The notes: generated from the sequence alone by a model not told the origin. Positions 1-13,390 are shown, counted from the first letter of the whole stretch. The stretch is DNA of 63,902 bases, filler included, from Lama guanicoe (GCA_013239625.1; 142 parts of 142 records of this genome joined end to end with filler, not necessarily neighbours in it), one strand, 5' to 3'. Program-made: numbers and translations.

Positions 1-349
1 AGATTTCCTCATAAGCCAATCTGTAGTCACATCAGGGGGCTCCAGATATACATTCAAGTATAAACAAGGACCCCAAACCACACCTGCATACTTCCAGGAA
101 GCATAGTTATGGAGAAACAGAAAAAGATACACTCAGGCAGTCTGTGAGCATTTTTTAAAAAAGGAGAATGATAAATACCAGTGAGGTAGAATATTGGCCA
201 AAACAAAAAAGACAAAAACAAATTTAAAAACACATGATCAAATATTTTAACAAAGTAATAAAATTAAATATAATGACAGAATGAATTAGTACCAAGTAAA
301 ACTTTTCTATGTAATCATAATGTAATAACAATTTCTAAAGTCATAAAAC

Positions 350-449
350 NNNNNNNNNNNNNNNNNNNNNNNNNNNNNNNNNNNNNNNNNNNNTTAATTA
401 ATTAANNNNNNNNNNNNNNNNNNNNNNNNNNNNNNNNNNNNNNNNNNNN
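350..449. other. Synthetic linker N44-TTAATTAATTAA-N44 (first of 141 copies)
   Basis: N 350-393, TTAATTAATTAA 394-405, N 406-449. The core is palindromic, has TAA stops in all six frames and contains PacI sites (TTAATTAA). Confidence 0.99.
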
Positions 450-989
450 GAAAGGTTCATCTCTTCCCTCCCCCTCCTTCCTGGGGGTCATGCAGCCTGT
501 TTCCCAGCCTGGGGAAAATTTCCTGGCTGGCTGTGAAGGGGGCTCTCCTCCCCAGCTGGCTAATAGCCTGGAGCTTTCGCACATCTTGGGTTGTAAATAC
601 CCTCTCTGGGTGTCTCTGGAAGGAGGAAAGTAATCACTTTGTGTCCTGTGAATCAGTCTGCTGTTCTGGTAAACAGAGTATGATAATGACTTATTTACAA
701 ACGTGTGAATGACTGAAGTAGACACAGGGGCCACTTACACAGCAGCATGCTGCTGTTCAATTGGGCATAATCCATTCATATTAAAGCCATCCCCCCTTNN
801 NNNNNNNNNNNNNNNNNNNNNNNNNNNNNNNNNNNNNNNNNNTTAATTAATTAANNNNNNNNNNNNNNNNNNNNNNNNNNNNNNNNNNNNNNNNNNNNCC
901 AAATTTCCCCCTGGAAATACAGGATAGTTCAGTGAATACTTCTGAACGTACCTCTTCCTGCACATTTCAAAGTGTTTCTTTAAGTGGAT

Positions 990-1160
990 GCTGAGAAGTA
1001 GAATCAGTTTTAATAGCTATTGCTAAATTGCTCTCCAAAATGACTGTTGCATTATTCCCAGGATCACCAGTGTATTGGGACGAACGGTCTCTTGTCACTT
1101 TAATTTGCATTTCTTTGATTTTTGATGAGGTCGAGCACTTTTTAACCTGATTACCAGTCA
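990..1160 (-). mobile_element. Old LINE-1 ORF2 3' fragment
   Basis: Minus strand reads KCSTSSKIKEMQIK, similar to L1 ORF2 'KCSTSLIIREMQIKTT'. Confidence 0.65.
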
Positions 1161-1796
1161 TTTTTTTTTAAAGTAGGTTAAATTTTTATTTTACTTTCGA
1201 AGCAACAGTTGGGAAAACAGAGACCATCAGAAAACAGAGAAAGAAGTNNNNNNNNNNNNNNNNNNNNNNNNNNNNNNNNNNNNNNNNNNNNTTAATTAAT
1301 TAANNNNNNNNNNNNNNNNNNNNNNNNNNNNNNNNNNNNNNNNNNNNGGGGGGCGGGGCTTACAAGCCATCTGCAAGGCTTGTAAGTTGTTTGGCCTCCC
1401 TGGTTCCAGACCGCTGACTGACCACACTGTCCTTCATCGTTCTGACACCCACAATGTGTTCCATTTCTGAAGGTCCCTGCTGCTGACAAATTTGAAAGAT
1501 CAGATCTGCATCAGCCACGTGAACTACCCCATGGGCCACTGGATCACAAATAAGAGAAGGGTTGCCTTCATTATAAACCAGTAACAGCTCAACTCGGGAG
1601 GTTCCAAAGTAAGAATGATTTTTCCCAACACCGTCCCTCCAAAACCGAAGGAGGACAAATGGCTGGCTCTGTTTTCTCCTGGCGACTCCATATTCTNNNN
1701 NNNNNNNNNNNNNNNNNNNNNNNNNNNNNNNNNNNNNNNNTTAATTAATTAANNNNNNNNNNNNNNNNNNNNNNNNNNNNNNNNNNNNNNNNNNNN

Positions 1797-2145
1797 CATC
1801 AGGGAAATGCAAATCAAAACCACAATGAGATATCACCTCATACCTCTTAGAATGGCTATCATCAAAAAGATAAGAGAGAGCAAGTGTTGGTGAGGATGTG
1901 GAGGAAAGAGACCCTTGCACACTGTTGGTGGGAATGTAAGTTGGATCAGCCACTATGAAAAGCGGTATAGACGTTCTTCAACAAATTAAAAATAGAACTA
2001 CCAAATGATCCCACAATCCCACTTCTGGACATTTATCTAAAGGAAATGAAATCACCATCTTGAAGAAACATCTGCACCCCCATGTTCACTGCAGCATTAT
2101 TCAAATTGGCCAGGACATGGAAACAAACTAAGTGCCCATTAACAG
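1797..2145 (+). mobile_element. LINE-1 ORF2 C-terminal fragment (stop-interrupted)
   Basis: Translates IREMQIKTTMRYHLIPLRMAIIKKIRESKCW*, the canonical L1 ORF2 cysteine-rich region. Confidence 0.95.
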
Positions 2146-3143
2146 NNNNNNNNNNNNNNNNNNNNNNNNNNNNNNNNNNNNNNNNNNNNTTAATTAATTA
2201 ANNNNNNNNNNNNNNNNNNNNNNNNNNNNNNNNNNNNNNNNNNNNACACACAGAGCAAGAGTCTTTACAAAGTACTCAGATCATGAGAGAGGTCAATGAC
2301 ATTTATTACTTCATATTCTACTCTAGTTTACTTGGTTGAGAGTCACAAAATTGTGTTTTAATGGACTGTTACTCATATTTTGGAATTAATGAAAAGAACA
2401 CAGGAAGATAACAGAATAAGTAATAATTTGTTACATGAATATACATATATATATGCAAAGGTCAGTGAGGAAAATATTTGTGAGTACTTTTAAAATATCA
2501 TTTGAAATTTAAAAGAAAACTAATAATTTGATAATTACTCCATGAGAATATCTATAAATAAAGACTCCCGCTCAAAACAGGGTATCTGATTCCCNNNNNN
2601 NNNNNNNNNNNNNNNNNNNNNNNNNNNNNNNNNNNNNNTTAATTAATTAANNNNNNNNNNNNNNNNNNNNNNNNNNNNNNNNNNNNNNNNNNNNACGTAT
2701 CTTTGCCATTTGGACTGTGCTTCTGGTTTTCCTCATCACGCTCCATGGGGTTTACACCTGGGTCTGGGTGACTCCTGGTTTAGAGCTGGCAGGTGGCTGG
2801 AGCCTCTGATTTGGTGCTACCGTGGAATGGCTCCTGGCCTATCTTCCTCTTCCGGGCTTCTCAGAACCTGCCAGGGCTTTTGCTGTGTGGGCTGTGCTTG
2901 CTCTGCTCCTGTGATTTGACTGAGATGAGTGCCATGCTGATCGACCCCCGGTTTTCTGAAGGTTATACACCCCCGGGGTCTGGGACATCCGGGAGTTCTC
3001 GTTTCTCTTGAAGCCCCCCATCCCAAACCCGTCACCAGCAGCTNNNNNNNNNNNNNNNNNNNNNNNNNNNNNNNNNNNNNNNNNNNNTTAATTAATTAAN
3101 NNNNNNNNNNNNNNNNNNNNNNNNNNNNNNNNNNNNNNNNNNN

Positions 3144-3492
3144 ATCGTTAGCGACATTGAACATTTTTTCATGTGACTATTGGCCATTTGTCAGTCTTCA
3201 TTGGAGAAACGTTTGCTTAGATCATCTGTTTTTGGACTGAGCTTTTTTTTCTTTATTGAGTTACATGAGCTGTTTATATATTCTAGAGATTAAGCCTTTG
3301 TCAGCTGCATCATTTGCAAATATTTTCTCCCATTCATAGGTTGTCTATTCATTTTATTTTTGGTGTCCTTTGCTGTGCATGAACTTATAAGTTTAATTAC
3401 ACCCCATTGTTTATTCTTGCTTTTATTTCTATTGCCTGGGAAGACTGCCCTAGGATAACATTGCTAAGATTTATGTCAGAGAATGTTTTGCC
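3144..3492 (-). mobile_element. LINE-1 ORF2 fragment
   Basis: Typical antisense L1 text: 'ttgaacattttttcatgtgactattggccatttg', 'gcaaatattttctcccattc', 'ttgctgtgcatgaactt'. Confidence 0.9.
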
Positions 3493-4984
3493 NNNNNNNN
3501 NNNNNNNNNNNNNNNNNNNNNNNNNNNNNNNNNNNNTTAATTAATTAANNNNNNNNNNNNNNNNNNNNNNNNNNNNNNNNNNNNNNNNNNNNATATTATA
3601 GAAAAAGTAGAAGGCCTTCAATTAAGCCACCAAACAACTCTCCATCATAGTCTAACAGTATCAAAAATCAGTAGATTCAAAATATGAGAAATTAATTTTC
3701 TTTTAGCTTTAGATAAGCCATATGATACAAGAGACACTACCAAAGTACAACTTTAGACGCATTTTGTTTGAAAGAACTTCCAAACTTAACAATAAATGTC
3801 AATATGTACCTTAAAAAAATCAAAATTATAGCATGGATTACTTTTCATCTTTTACTCGGCCAAAGACGTTCAGCTATATATTAAAATATTAGTCTCTGTC
3901 TCAATAGACAGCTCCAGCCATGTTAGGTTAAAAAGCTACACNNNNNNNNNNNNNNNNNNNNNNNNNNNNNNNNNNNNNNNNNNNNTTAATTAATTAANNN
4001 NNNNNNNNNNNNNNNNNNNNNNNNNNNNNNNNNNNNNNNNNCCACGTCCAAGAGCATGATAAATATTTACTACTTTTCTCCCAGGAATCTGTCCTTGCGA
4101 ATTTTATTATGAGCCCAGCCTCGAGAACGCAACACGTCTGGGGAGGAAATTTCCCTCCTGACAACCCCACGCTGTCTTCCCTTCAGTCTGAGTCTGCACA
4201 ACGGTTAGGAGCCTCCGTCCTCACTGGCCACGTTCACCTTCTGGAAATTACCTGGCCAGGTTTGTTCTGGAATTTTAGCATTTCCATCACTTCCTTTGAT
4301 GCTTCTTCCTGTCATGTGACATTTCATTGTCCATTTTCTGGGAGAACAGTGTTCATTACTCATTTATTATGAAAGCACAACTTGGTTGCTTNNNNNNNNN
4401 NNNNNNNNNNNNNNNNNNNNNNNNNNNNNNNNNNNTTAATTAATTAANNNNNNNNNNNNNNNNNNNNNNNNNNNNNNNNNNNNNNNNNNNNAAACACAAG
4501 ATAATATTATTTTTATATCAGTAGGGATATCAGTAAGAAAATGAAATGTCCTTGTTATTGGAACCTAAAATAATGCTTGTAAACTTTGATTTTTGATAGA
4601 CAGCAATGTAAAAAAGTACTGTAATGTTTAGAATTTTTCAAAGAGAAAGTTGATGAACAAATAAGTGTATCCTTAAATCGATTACTGATAATTATGTTTT
4701 GTTTTAATTTTTCGGTGATTGCTGTGCAATGTAGAATTATCTTCTTCTAAATGCCAACATTTTATTTCCTGGTGCTTTATATAAATATTTTAAAAGATGA
4801 CTTATTACCTAGTAAATTAATTGAGTTACTATCACTGTAACNNNNNNNNNNNNNNNNNNNNNNNNNNNNNNNNNNNNNNNNNNNNTTAATTAATTAANNN
4901 NNNNNNNNNNNNNNNNNNNNNNNNNNNNNNNNNNNNNNNNNAAAAAAAAATAAAGTTTTTTGCAATGGCAAAAAAAAAAAAAAA

Positions 4985-5290
4985 AGTTAACTCAAAATAG
5001 ATGATAGATCTATGTGTAACATGGAAAACTATAAAACTTCTAGAAGAAAACACAGGAAACTAATAAAACACAAAAACTGGTAATATAGACTATCAAACTT
5101 AAAAACTTATAACCCTGTTAAGAAGATGAAGATCTAGGCATTAGCTAGCAAAAATATTTTTAAATCACGTATCTGAGAAAATCTTTATCCACAATACATA
5201 AAAAATTTTCTAATCTCAACAATAAAGAATCAACTGAATTAGAAAATAGACAAAAGATGGTATAGAGCTGGCAAATAAGCATATGGAAGA
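4985..5290 (+). mobile_element. LINE-1 ORF2 fragment
   Basis: 'ttaactcaaaatagat...aaaactataaaacttctagaagaaaacacagga' is a typical L1 ORF2 tract. Confidence 0.8.
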
Positions 5291-6309
5291 NNNNNNNNNN
5301 NNNNNNNNNNNNNNNNNNNNNNNNNNNNNNNNNNTTAATTAATTAANNNNNNNNNNNNNNNNNNNNNNNNNNNNNNNNNNNNNNNNNNNNAAAAAAATGC
5401 CACAGTGTGTACAGTATCTTCCCATCTGCCAGGGTATGCAAAGATATATCCATACATATTCCTGTAAATGGATACAAATCCTCTGAGAGGAAACACAGAA
5501 CTGTTTATACTGACCCATGTCATACAGGGAAGTGGGAGGTCTGGGCTGCAACCATCACTTCTTATCATGTACTCATTTGCATAACTTATTGGAATATTTA
5601 CTGTGTGTATATTATTTTTAATATAAATGCATTAACAATAAAAATTATAGTGACTGCTGAATGTAGACAACAAATTACTCGTACAATTTTATGATGTGAA
5701 AGGGAGAAACTAAACCTCCCCATTCTTCTTTAATTTTTTTNNNNNNNNNNNNNNNNNNNNNNNNNNNNNNNNNNNNNNNNNNNNTTAATTAATTAANNNN
5801 NNNNNNNNNNNNNNNNNNNNNNNNNNNNNNNNNNNNNNNNAAAAAATATTCTTAATGAAAATAGAAGCTAGCCTGGATAGGAAATATTACCTTTAAAATG
5901 TTCAGTCAGACCTCACTTCTCCCCAGCTCCCATTTTTAAGGACATATTCATTTTTTCAGCATTAATTTAAGGGATGGTCTTTGAAAAAAATGGGAATCCA
6001 GTACATCTGTAATGTGAAAACAAACATTATTTAAGGATTTCCCAATATCCATTGTCTTTTTAATCCTATACTAAAAATGATGTCATTAATTAAAGCACTA
6101 AGAAGTAATCAAGATAAGACTGTTCTTCAGAATTGTAGTTTTAATGCAGTGACATTTTCAGAATGCCCCTTTGAGGGCTCCATGCATTTTNNNNNNNNNN
6201 NNNNNNNNNNNNNNNNNNNNNNNNNNNNNNNNNNTTAATTAATTAANNNNNNNNNNNNNNNNNNNNNNNNNNNNNNNNNNNNNNNNNNNNGAAATATACA
6301 TGAGATACT

Positions 6310-6398
6310 ATTATCTGGGTGCTTCAGAGAGGAGCTACAGCAGAGGATAGAGAGGAGGGGTCTGACCCTGGAAGGCCCACAGGGTCCTGCTCGTTACA
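6310..6398 (-). mobile_element. ERV LTR terminus (ERV1-like)
   Basis: 'cagaggatagagaggaggggtctgaccctggaaggcccacagggtcctgctcgttaca' resembles an artiodactyl ERV1 LTR end and ends in CA (TG start on minus). Confidence 0.45.
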
Positions 6399-7190
6399 TT
6401 CTGAAAGAGGAAGCCGCTGAGTAGCATGTCACACACATCAATGAGGGGCATTTTATCGTAACAGCCAATGCATAAAATTGTAGGTCTAGACCTACAGAGA
6501 GAATCCAATTGCCTTATCACAATTGAAGCATCCTCATTCCTTAAATGTATTTGGGAGAAACATCCAAGTAACAATTCTTCCAACCTACAGGCTCACCTAT
6601 TTGTCAGCTAATCAGTTGCAGTTACAGATCAAATATTTGTNNNNNNNNNNNNNNNNNNNNNNNNNNNNNNNNNNNNNNNNNNNNTTAATTAATTAANNNN
6701 NNNNNNNNNNNNNNNNNNNNNNNNNNNNNNNNNNNNNNNNTTTTTTTTTTTGGTATCTTTTTTGTCCATCAACATCATCTCTCCCCTTGTCACTCTCACT
6801 TGTGCAAACATCCTGATCTCAGAACCAAATTGGATTCTGTAAAACTCCCCAAGCAGTTTCAAAGAAGAAAGGAAGGGGAAACTGATGGCAGTTAGAAAAG
6901 AAATAAAAGGGCCTTTAGAAAAGCCTTGCCACAGCCCTCACCGCAACCCCCGTACCGTCTGCTTGCAGAATGTTCATGGTAGGTTCCAGTGAAGCTTATC
7001 AATGTTGTTTAAAATTTTTTTTAAACAAAAACAACGAAATAAATTTTTTCTTGTTATCAATGCAATACACACTCATAATAGGAACTGTGGNNNNNNNNNN
7101 NNNNNNNNNNNNNNNNNNNNNNNNNNNNNNNNNNTTAATTAATTAANNNNNNNNNNNNNNNNNNNNNNNNNNNNNNNNNNNNNNNNNNNN

Positions 7191-7540
7191 GGAAAACCTT
7201 CTGAAGCAAAATCCAAAATGCAGAAACCATAAAGAAAAAAATGGACAGATTGACAGTTTGCTTACATAAAAATTAAAAGTTTCTCTATTTCAAAAGATAT
7301 CTTAAAGGACAAGTGATGGGCTGGAGGAAATATCTGAGATGTATGAAAGAGGCAATGTGTGTTTCAAAGTCCACAATAGATGAGGAGCTCCCACAAATCA
7401 GTAAAAAGACAAGCAACCTAAAAGAGAACTGACAGAAGATTAGCAACAAGCACCTCACTGAGAAGAAGACACACCCAGCCAATACAGAGAGTGCAAGGTG
7501 TTTGGAATCACTGGTGATCAGGAAGATGAAGACTGGAACC
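7191..7540 (+). mobile_element. Old LINE-1 ORF2 fragment
   Basis: 'gcagaaaccataaagaaaaaa...tacataaaaattaaaa...gagctcccacaaatcagtaaaaagac' is a diverged L1 ORF2 tract. Confidence 0.75.
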
Positions 7541-7649
7541 NNNNNNNNNNNNNNNNNNNNNNNNNNNNNNNNNNNNNNNNNNNNTTAATTAATTAANNNN
7601 NNNNNNNNNNNNNNNNNNNNNNNNNNNNNNNNNNNNNNNNATATATATA

Positions 7650-7900
7650 TAATGTACTCAGCCATTAAAAAATGAAATCCTGCCATTTGCAGCAACATGG
7701 ATGAACTAAGAGAATATTATGCTTAGTAAAATGAGTCAAACAGAAAGAGAAATACTGTATGATATCACTTATATGCAAAATCTAAAAATAATACAAAAGA
7801 ATGTATATACAAAACAAAACAGACTCACACATAAAGAAAAACTAGGGGTTACCAAAGGGGAGAGAGAAGGGAGAAGGGGCTAATTAAGGGTGTGGGACTA
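7650..7900 (+). mobile_element. LINE-1 ORF2 end and 3' UTR
   Basis: 'tactcagccattaaaaaatgaaatcctgccatttgcagcaacatggatgaacta...tatgatatcacttatatg'. Confidence 0.9.
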
Positions 7901-9440
7901 AGACATACCTTTGTCTCATTAAGGTATGAAATTATTACCTTATTAATAACCACCTCATACAATATGTTCTTGTTGCTTATCTATTTTATANNNNNNNNNN
8001 NNNNNNNNNNNNNNNNNNNNNNNNNNNNNNNNNNTTAATTAATTAANNNNNNNNNNNNNNNNNNNNNNNNNNNNNNNNNNNNNNNNNNNNAGACACACTG
8101 GGCCTGCGAGGGCATTGTTGATGGGGAGAATTCTAAAAGGTGCAGGTATATGGGACCTCTGTTTCATTGCATCTTAAAGCGTTACTCAGAGATACAGCTG
8201 GCTCTAGTAGAGGGACCCTGAGCCTTGGGCTAAAGGGGCTTTTAGGACAAGGAAGTGCCATCTCCCATTCCCTGGCCTGATTTGGGGCCGGGTTAGAAGA
8301 ATGACACAATGTGGTGGAGCCTGGAGCCAGCCCTGCACTTCCAGCTGTGCATTCTTGGTTGGGAGCTGGCATGTCAGGAGCTGGGGTCAAACTGTGAAGG
8401 AAAAGCCCAGCTGGGCTAACAAGATAACTCACAAATCTAANNNNNNNNNNNNNNNNNNNNNNNNNNNNNNNNNNNNNNNNNNNNTTAATTAATTAANNNN
8501 NNNNNNNNNNNNNNNNNNNNNNNNNNNNNNNNNNNNNNNNGCCCTGAGGACCCCCACCTGGGTGGGCCCCAGGGGCCCTTTCTCCACCTTGCCCCTTCCT
8601 CCAGCCATCATCTCCTCTGTGGCTGCACGGTTGCCTCAAAGGGAATGAATTCTGTTGTCTGCCCCACAGGGGTCTGGTGGGTGCTCTTATCAGGCTCTGA
8701 GAGCCGAAGCCGGGGAGCCCCTGGGCTGGACCTTGGGTTCTGCACTCACGGCCCTGGGTGCAGCAGGAGGAGGCGGGACCCGGGGCTGGTGAAGCCGCAG
8801 CCTCGCTCCTTGGTGCCTCGGGGATGGATCTGGCACCTGCGGGGAGAGGAGACCCTTAACCTGATTCTAACTCTGGAAACAGGGGCCCAGNNNNNNNNNN
8901 NNNNNNNNNNNNNNNNNNNNNNNNNNNNNNNNNNTTAATTAATTAANNNNNNNNNNNNNNNNNNNNNNNNNNNNNNNNNNNNNNNNNNNNAGTGACAGCC
9001 ATATTGCTGTGACACAGCTCCCTGAACAGCAGGTGAATGGAGAGGACAGCGGGACATCCACACAGGTGTCTTGAGTTGAAATGGGGCAAAATGATCAACA
9101 GCAAGGCTAAACTATTCAATGCATTTGTGTTGTGTAGTTTCATTAATAGTGGCTGCAAGTCACAGCGACACTTTGAGACCATATGTAATACACTTAGCCT
9201 CGTAGGCTGTGGTAATCATCACATAATCTTCACAGTTCTGCTTCGAGTATTTATTTGCAATTGTACTTTGTGGAAGGTTATAGTGTAGAGAGTAAGGGTG
9301 AAGGCTGTGAGTCATGGGATCATCCATGGACCTATAAGAANNNNNNNNNNNNNNNNNNNNNNNNNNNNNNNNNNNNNNNNNNNNTTAATTAATTAANNNN
9401 NNNNNNNNNNNNNNNNNNNNNNNNNNNNNNNNNNNNNNNN

Positions 9441-9790
9441 AAAAGCAAAAAACAAAACAAACAGAAACCCCAAATAACCAAACTTTAAATGGGCAAAGGA
9501 CTTGAATAGATATTTCTTCAAAGAAAATATACAAAAGGCCAATTTATATATGAAAAAAATGCTCAACATTACTAATTCTCAGGGAAATGCAAACCAAAAC
9601 CACAATGAGATTTCACTTCATACCCTTTAGGATGGCCATTATCAAACAAACAACCCAAAACACAGGAAAGAACAGGTATTGGTGAGGATATGGAGAAATT
9701 AGAACAATTTGGCACTGTTGGTAGGAATGTAAAATGCGCAATCACTGTGGAAAACAGTGTGGCATTTCCTCAGAAATTATAAATATAACT
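9441..9790 (+). mobile_element. LINE-1 ORF2 C-terminal fragment
   Basis: 'aaatgggcaaaggacttgaatagatatttcttcaaagaa...cagggaaatgcaaaccaaaaccacaatgaga'. Confidence 0.92.
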
Positions 9791-10379
9791 NNNNNNNNNN
9801 NNNNNNNNNNNNNNNNNNNNNNNNNNNNNNNNNNTTAATTAATTAANNNNNNNNNNNNNNNNNNNNNNNNNNNNNNNNNNNNNNNNNNNNACTGAAGAAA
9901 GCAAATTTCTTGGTAATATAGAAATTGAGAAGAATTAGGTTTTTTGGTTTTTGTTTTTTGTTTTTTAGTAAAACTGGACTGTTCTTATGAACAAGGACAT
10001 GATGTCAATTTAGTAACCTACAAAAATGCTTCAAAAATATTGTCTGTTGCAACAAAACAAGGCAAACATTTTTAGAGACTTCTGAGCTTCAAGAGTAACC
10101 TCTTATGGAAAGCATCCTTCAATTTCTAAAGTTCTATTATAATTATCAGTTATTATAAATAGGAATCTTGAAATGCATATTTATAATTTTAGAAGGTATA
10201 TATTTGGTCACTTTGCTTATCAGCCAGAAAAAAAAAATTTNNNNNNNNNNNNNNNNNNNNNNNNNNNNNNNNNNNNNNNNNNNNTTAATTAATTAANNNN
10301 NNNNNNNNNNNNNNNNNNNNNNNNNNNNNNNNNNNNNNNNAAAAAATCCTCTTTATTGGAATCAGTTCTTCTATCCTAA

Positions 10380-10690
10380 TTTCCCTTTACCACGGCAGCC
10401 AGAGCCTTTGAAAACAGAGGTTAGATAGTGTCACTCTACTGCTCAAAGTGCTGAAATAGGTCCCCATGTCACTCGGAGTAAAGCCAAATTCCATGATAAT
10501 GGCCTCTGAGGTCCTGCACTCTCTGGTGTCCTGGAATTTCTCTGGACACCCCCCCTGCTACTCTCCCTCTGGCTTTTTTGACTTCAGCCCTGCTTACCTC
10601 TCTGCTGTTCCTAGGGCCGGGGTGGGGAGGGGGGGCAAACTTGCTAGTGTATCAGGGCACTTATAATGGCTTTCCTCTGTCTGGAATGTT
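10380..10690 (+). mobile_element. LINE-2 3' fragment
   Basis: 'cacggcagccagag...tcactctactgctcaaag...ggagtaaagccaaattcc...tttcctctgtctggaatgtt' resembles the L2 3' region. Confidence 0.65.
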
Positions 10691-10790
10691 NNNNNNNNNN
10701 NNNNNNNNNNNNNNNNNNNNNNNNNNNNNNNNNNTTAATTAATTAANNNNNNNNNNNNNNNNNNNNNNNNNNNNNNNNNNNNNNNNNNNN

Positions 10791-10853
10791 AAAAAAAATA
10801 GGCATATAAGTGAACCTGCACAGTTCAAATCCATGTTAGTCAAGGGTCAACTG
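10791..10853. mobile_element. Tigger2-family terminal inverted repeat followed by TA
   Basis: 'ataagtgaacctgcacagttcaaatccatgttagtcaagggtcaactg|ta' matches the Tigger2 terminus and the TA target site. Confidence 0.8.
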
Positions 10854-11240
10854 TATATACTTGCTATCTTTCATGTTAAGTCCTATGATTCACAGGATTT
10901 TAAATTTATTTACTTCATCCAAAGGAAAAAAAATGTAGATTGTATTAAAAATTACTTATGATAGATCTAACCAAAAAATTACAAGTTACTAAGTAAAGGC
11001 CGACGAAAAATAGATATTAGAGTATCAAAGTGATGCGAGAATCAGATTATCCAAACTACACTATTAGAAGATAGGGACAACGCTCTGACACCGCTGCTGC
11101 TGTGACTCGGACTGCGCGCCAGCACCCCCCGGCCAACAACNNNNNNNNNNNNNNNNNNNNNNNNNNNNNNNNNNNNNNNNNNNNTTAATTAATTAANNNN
11201 NNNNNNNNNNNNNNNNNNNNNNNNNNNNNNNNNNNNNNNN

Positions 11241-11590
11241 AATAAGGTTTTAAATACAATAGCAAAATCATGATTCATGGAAGTAAATTGGTAGATTGAT
11301 AAATCAGACTTTATTAAACTAAAAACCTCCATGAAAGACATTGTTAAAAGAACGAATTGACAGTAATGGATTGGGAGAAAATATATGCACAAAAGACATA
11401 TGAAAAAGAATCTTCATCCAAAATATACAAGAAATAAGTAAAAACACAACAGTAAGAAAGCAAATAACTCCAATAAAAATGGGCAAATTATTTGACAGAC
11501 ACCTTCACCAATAAAGATATGTAGACGGAAAATAAGCATATAAAATTCATTTCATCATTTCTTTTCAGGGAATTTCAAATTAAAACAAGT
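11241..11590 (+). mobile_element. LINE-1 ORF2 fragment
   Basis: 'atgaaagacattgttaaaaga...ttgggagaaaatat...aaaatgggcaaa...cagggaatttcaaattaaaac'. Confidence 0.85.
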
Positions 11591-12140
11591 NNNNNNNNNN
11601 NNNNNNNNNNNNNNNNNNNNNNNNNNNNNNNNNNTTAATTAATTAANNNNNNNNNNNNNNNNNNNNNNNNNNNNNNNNNNNNNNNNNNNNTTGTGAGAGA
11701 TTACTCACGTGTCCCATTAGGAAACGAAGAAGAGGAGAGTGGATGCTGGGGACCATTCGTCTCTGCCACAGTGTCTCACAAATGAGAAATACCCAAAGAC
11801 CAATGAACTGCGAAAAGGATTTCAGCATCCCTCGTGATGAGGGGAAGTATCAGTTGAGCAACACCAGCTGTTGGTTAAGAATTGGGGTGATGAGAACCCT
11901 GATGTTTCTATCAATAATATAAATTAGTTCAACCACTTAGAGCAGTTGTCAAAACTAGTGAAGCCAGAGGTGCACACACCCCACGACCATGCCCTTTCCC
12001 TTTCCGGTGTGTGTCCTAGAGACACATTGGCACTTGTGCANNNNNNNNNNNNNNNNNNNNNNNNNNNNNNNNNNNNNNNNNNNNTTAATTAATTAANNNN
12101 NNNNNNNNNNNNNNNNNNNNNNNNNNNNNNNNNNNNNNNN

Positions 12141-12490
12141 CCATCTTACCCAAGTCAGAATTCAGGCTCCTTTTATACTAAAAAGGGGAAGGGTGTGTTT
12201 GGTTGTTGCAAAATTCTTTGTTGGAATCCTTTGTTTTTGCAGCTGTCCACTAGGTCAGGTCATGATGTTCCTGTAATCCTCCATAAGACAAATGTTATTT
12301 TCTGTTCCCCAACTTGTTACTTCTATGTAAGTGGAAAAGTGTTACACCATTAAATGTCGGAGCCTTGAGAATGGGCTATCCTGTATATTTCAGGCTATAG
12401 TCAATATTCTTTTAGAAAAAATGTAGAACCAGCATGACTAAGCACAGGAAACAGAGCACAGGGTTGGAGCTAAAGGAACAGACCTAATAC
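12141..12490 (-). mobile_element. ERV1 LTR fragment (MER41-like, laurasiatherian type)
   Basis: 'ggaatcctttgtttttgcagctgtccactaggtcaggtcatgatgttcctgtaa...gagccttgagaatgggctatcctgtatatttcaggctatag' resembles recalled artiodactyl LTR text. The subfamily name is tentative. Confidence 0.55.
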
Positions 12491-13079
12491 NNNNNNNNNN
12501 NNNNNNNNNNNNNNNNNNNNNNNNNNNNNNNNNNTTAATTAATTAANNNNNNNNNNNNNNNNNNNNNNNNNNNNNNNNNNNNNNNNNNNNTGTACCAAGG
12601 CTTCCAGAACTCGCTGGTTGCTCGCTTTTGATTGATAAACTGTCTCATCTCAGTTCTTTACGATTCAGTCATGTTCCTTTAAAGCGTCAGCTTCACAAAA
12701 GCCTTCTCCCTTCCCTCCACCCAAGGCAGGCTGGACTTGTGGCTCTGAAGCTGAGCGTGTGGATGGGCTGAGGAGGGGGCATGGGCTGCTCTCAGACACC
12801 TCCCCCATCATCTCATGGTGGGAGGAAGACCAGATGCTCAGAGGTAAGGCTCTGACTTACCTGCCTATGCTCTGTGCGTGGGAAGATCTGAATTTAACAG
12901 ACCTTTAACTGACCACTGTGTCTCTCAGTGTGGGAGCATTNNNNNNNNNNNNNNNNNNNNNNNNNNNNNNNNNNNNNNNNNNNNTTAATTAATTAANNNN
13001 NNNNNNNNNNNNNNNNNNNNNNNNNNNNNNNNNNNNNNNNAAAAAAAAAACAGATTTCATAGCTGATACCTCCCACCAA

Positions 13080-13390
13080 AGAAAATGATTTAGAGTACAT
13101 TAATGGATTAATAACAATACCCACACATATGCTGCTCAAAAGAGACTCACTTTAGCTCTAAGGACACACCCACACTGAAAGCTGAAGGGACAGAAAATGA
13201 TATTTAATGGGAATGGAAACAAAAAGAAAGCTAAGGCAGCAATACTTATCAGACAAAGGAGACTTTTAGAACAAAACTAAGATTGTAAGAAGAGGCAAAG
13301 AAGGACAATCCCTATAACTAGGGATTGACTCGACAAGAAGATTAAATAATTGTAAATATAAATGTACCCAATCTAGAAATATCTAATAGA
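13080..13390 (+). mobile_element. LINE-1 ORF2 endonuclease-domain fragment
   Basis: 'atatgctgctcaaaagagactcacttt' reads ICCSKETHF (consensus ICCLQETH), followed by 'gcaatacttatcagacaaa'. Confidence 0.85.

Noticed and set aside
1359..1386. Hairpin CTTACAAGCC-8 nt-GGCTTGTAAG
   Set aside because: A 10-bp stem with a free loop size is expected by chance in ~50 kb; there is no ncRNA context.
2696..2809. Hydrophobic frame RIFAIWTVLLVFLITLHGVYTWVWV
   Set aside because: It resembles a transmembrane helix but I recognise no family and see no clear splice boundary.
6479..6496. Perfect 18-bp palindrome TGTAGGTCTAGACCTACA
   Set aside because: About 0.2 such palindromes are expected by chance (4^-9 x ~50,000 positions); single copy, no supporting context.
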